Source: Escherichia phage SF. Taken from it: 64,000 nucleotides of DNA. Every line of letters starts with the position of its first letter. Position 1 is the stretch's first letter. Below, one piece after another: positions 62,792 to 64,000 of the stretch. Below the pieces are notes generated by a model that was not told where the DNA came from, searched no databases, and was given only the letters and a program-made list of their open reading frames with translations. The position numbers and the translations under genes were made by a program. The stretch lies in the sequence record MH359124; one strand, written 5' to 3'.

Positions 62792-62971
62792 ATGGCAAAA
62801 CAAGCTAAAGCAAAGAAAGCAGTTGAAAAGAAAGTTGATGGTACCTCTAAACGCGCTGGATACAAGCGTGGGTCGAACTCTCGTATTAATCAAACAGTTG
62901 AGAAGATCATGCGCAGAGCACGTGCAGTTCTTCGAGATGATGCTTCTCGTTTTGGAAAGGTTGTTGCATAA
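62792..62971 (+). CDS. Small basic Lys/Arg-rich protein (59 aa)
   Basis: Below the track cutoff; ATG 62792; immediately followed by a strong terminator. Confidence 0.4.
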   Translation: MAKQAKAKKAVEKKVDGTSKRAGYKRGSNSRINQTVEKIMRRARAVLRDDASRFGKVVA

Positions 62972-62976
62972 TTTTA

Positions 62977-62998
62977 GGGAGACTTCGGTCTCCCTTTT
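62977..62998 (+). terminator. Rho-independent terminator
   Basis: GGGAGAC-TTCG-GTCTCCC then TTTT; identical hairpin to 47877. Confidence 0.8.
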
Positions 62999-63030
62999 GT
63001 GTGTTTAGGGCAGAAAAAGTTTAAAAAGAT

Positions 63031-63059
63031 GTTTACTCTCCTATAGGATGTGTTACTAT
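63031..63059 (+). promoter_or_regulatory. Early promoter (PeSL-like)
   Basis: GTTTAC, 17 nt, TACTAT; drives ORF 63101. Confidence 0.65.
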
Positions 63060-63100
63060 AGACTTGTACCACCTAATCAATAAAACAACCGGAGAATAAA

Positions 63101-63472
63101 ATGAACACTATCAATTTAAATGCTACAGTTAAATGCCATGACCATGATGGATATAAATCTCAAGTTGTTAACGAGTTACAGTGGATGGTTCGTTCAGTTC
63201 AAGGTGATGTAGTTTATTGTACAACTCCTGATGGCCCTTCAGACGATTTTTGTTATCATATCGAAATCGAAAACTTTTTCACTGGTGAAATTTACCGTCT
63301 GAATTCTACAGTTTATGGTTGTATTCGTTCTAAAACTTACGAAGACGAAGAGACTGGTTACTCTGAAGATGTTGTATGGTACGAAAATGCCAGAAATCGC
63401 GCAGAGGCATTAATCGAGAAGATTAAAGCAAAAGGTGTTATTGATTCAGCTAAGTGGACAAAAATCAAATAA
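63101..63472 (+). CDS. Hypothetical protein
   Basis: 123-aa ORF with own early promoter and GGAG SD. Confidence 0.6.
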   Translation: MNTINLNATVKCHDHDGYKSQVVNELQWMVRSVQGDVVYCTTPDGPSDDFCYHIEIENFFTGEIYRLNSTVYGCIRSKTYEDEETGYSEDVVWYENARNRAEALIEKIKAKGVIDSAKWTKIK

Positions 63473-63476
63473 AAAT

Positions 63477-63505
63477 GTTTACTTTGGTACAGGTTTTGTT
63501 ATTAT
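63477..63505 (+). promoter_or_regulatory. Early promoter (PeSL-like)
   Basis: GTTTAC, 17 nt, TATTAT inside IR GTACAGG..CCTGTAC; drives ORF 63547. Confidence 0.65.
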
Positions 63506-63546
63506 AGACCTGTACCAACAAACAACTTAAACATCTGGAGAATAAA

Positions 63547-63912
63547 ATGAACTACATCAACTTTGAACGCAAATATGTTTCTAACGGTATCGCCGGTTCT
63601 ATTGATACGATTTGCTTATGGAAACATAAAAATGGTTCAGTATGTGAAATTGAGCAGTATATGACTCCTAATTACGTTTATATGCGATTTGAAAATGGCA
63701 TCACGGTTTCAATCACAATGGACGGTTCCAACTTCAAAATTGCATTAGATGACGATTTCCGTCAACGTGATTTAGGTACTCATCCTTGCTGGAATGGTGA
63801 TAATCGTAAACTTCTGGTTAAAACTTGGATTCGTCATATCCTGAGTAACCGAGCTAAACCTGAACATCTCGAAGCAATCTTTGATGTAGTTCTTAACGAA
63901 TTCGATATCTAA
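63547..63912 (+). CDS. Hypothetical protein
   Basis: 121-aa ORF with own early promoter; terminator downstream. Confidence 0.6.
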   Translation: MNYINFERKYVSNGIAGSIDTICLWKHKNGSVCEIEQYMTPNYVYMRFENGITVSITMDGSNFKIALDDDFRQRDLGTHPCWNGDNRKLLVKTWIRHILSNRAKPEHLEAIFDVVLNEFDI

Positions 63913-63922
63913 TCTTAAAAAT

Positions 63923-63941
63923 GGAGGCTTCGGCCTCCTTT
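63923..63941 (+). terminator. Rho-independent terminator
   Basis: GGAGGC-TTCG-GCCTCC then TTTG. Confidence 0.6.
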
Positions 63942-63953
63942 GAGGAAAATATT

Positions 63954-64000
63954 ATGTTTATGACCACTTATTTTGATACTCGTAAAAATTTCTGTGAAGT
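63954..64000 (+). CDS. 5' end of a further ORF (truncated by window edge)
   Basis: ATG 63954 after GAGGA; runs off the window. Confidence 0.3.
   Translation, partial: MFMTTYFDTRKNFCE

Noticed and set aside
62660-62893. - strand ORF (77 aa) overlapping the small basic ORF
   Set aside because: Low-complexity hydrophobic translation antisense to a + strand ORF that has a good start context and terminator; kept only as something to test by RNA-seq.

Overview
This window reads as a contiguous segment of a T4-like (T-even, Tevenvirinae-type) myovirus genome, reverse-complemented relative to the conventional T4 map. All calls were made by eye from the ORF track and from remembered T4 protein sequences and promoter consensus; no database search was run, and coordinates of small RNA/DNA signals are approximate (about +/-2 nt). 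On the + strand lie the early/middle genes: 42-like hydroxymethylase, uvsX, 40, 41, dmd, sp, 61, 56, soc, modB/modA-like, srd, dda, dexA, fused topoisomerase 39/60, rIIA, rIIB, denB, ndd, 52, motA and asiA. The holin and long-tail-fibre block (t, 38, 37, 36, 35, 34) follows on the - strand. The + strand then resumes with rnh, dsbA, 33, 59, 32, frd, td (intronless), nrdA, nrdB (intronless), denA, rnlA(63), alc, a spanin pair, pseT, a DAHP-synthase gene, cd, 31 and rIII. About 27 T4-type early promoters (GTTTAC-N17/18-TATnAT, most with the -10 inside an inverted repeat), several MotA-box middle promoters, five TATAAATA late promoters and a set of UUCG-tetraloop terminators are visible. The best candidates for an undescribed system are the non-T4 genes at the DNA-modification loci: a 299-aa protein plus a P-loop kinase-like protein where T4 has beta-glucosyltransferase, next to a divergent gene-42 hydroxymethylase; a GT-B glycosyltransferase-like gene between gene 39 and rIIA; and a full-length AroG-like DAHP synthase. 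Together these suggest a non-glucose hypermodification of hydroxymethyl-cytosine DNA, but this is inference only. No tRNA, rRNA, CRISPR array, integrase or transposase was recognised.
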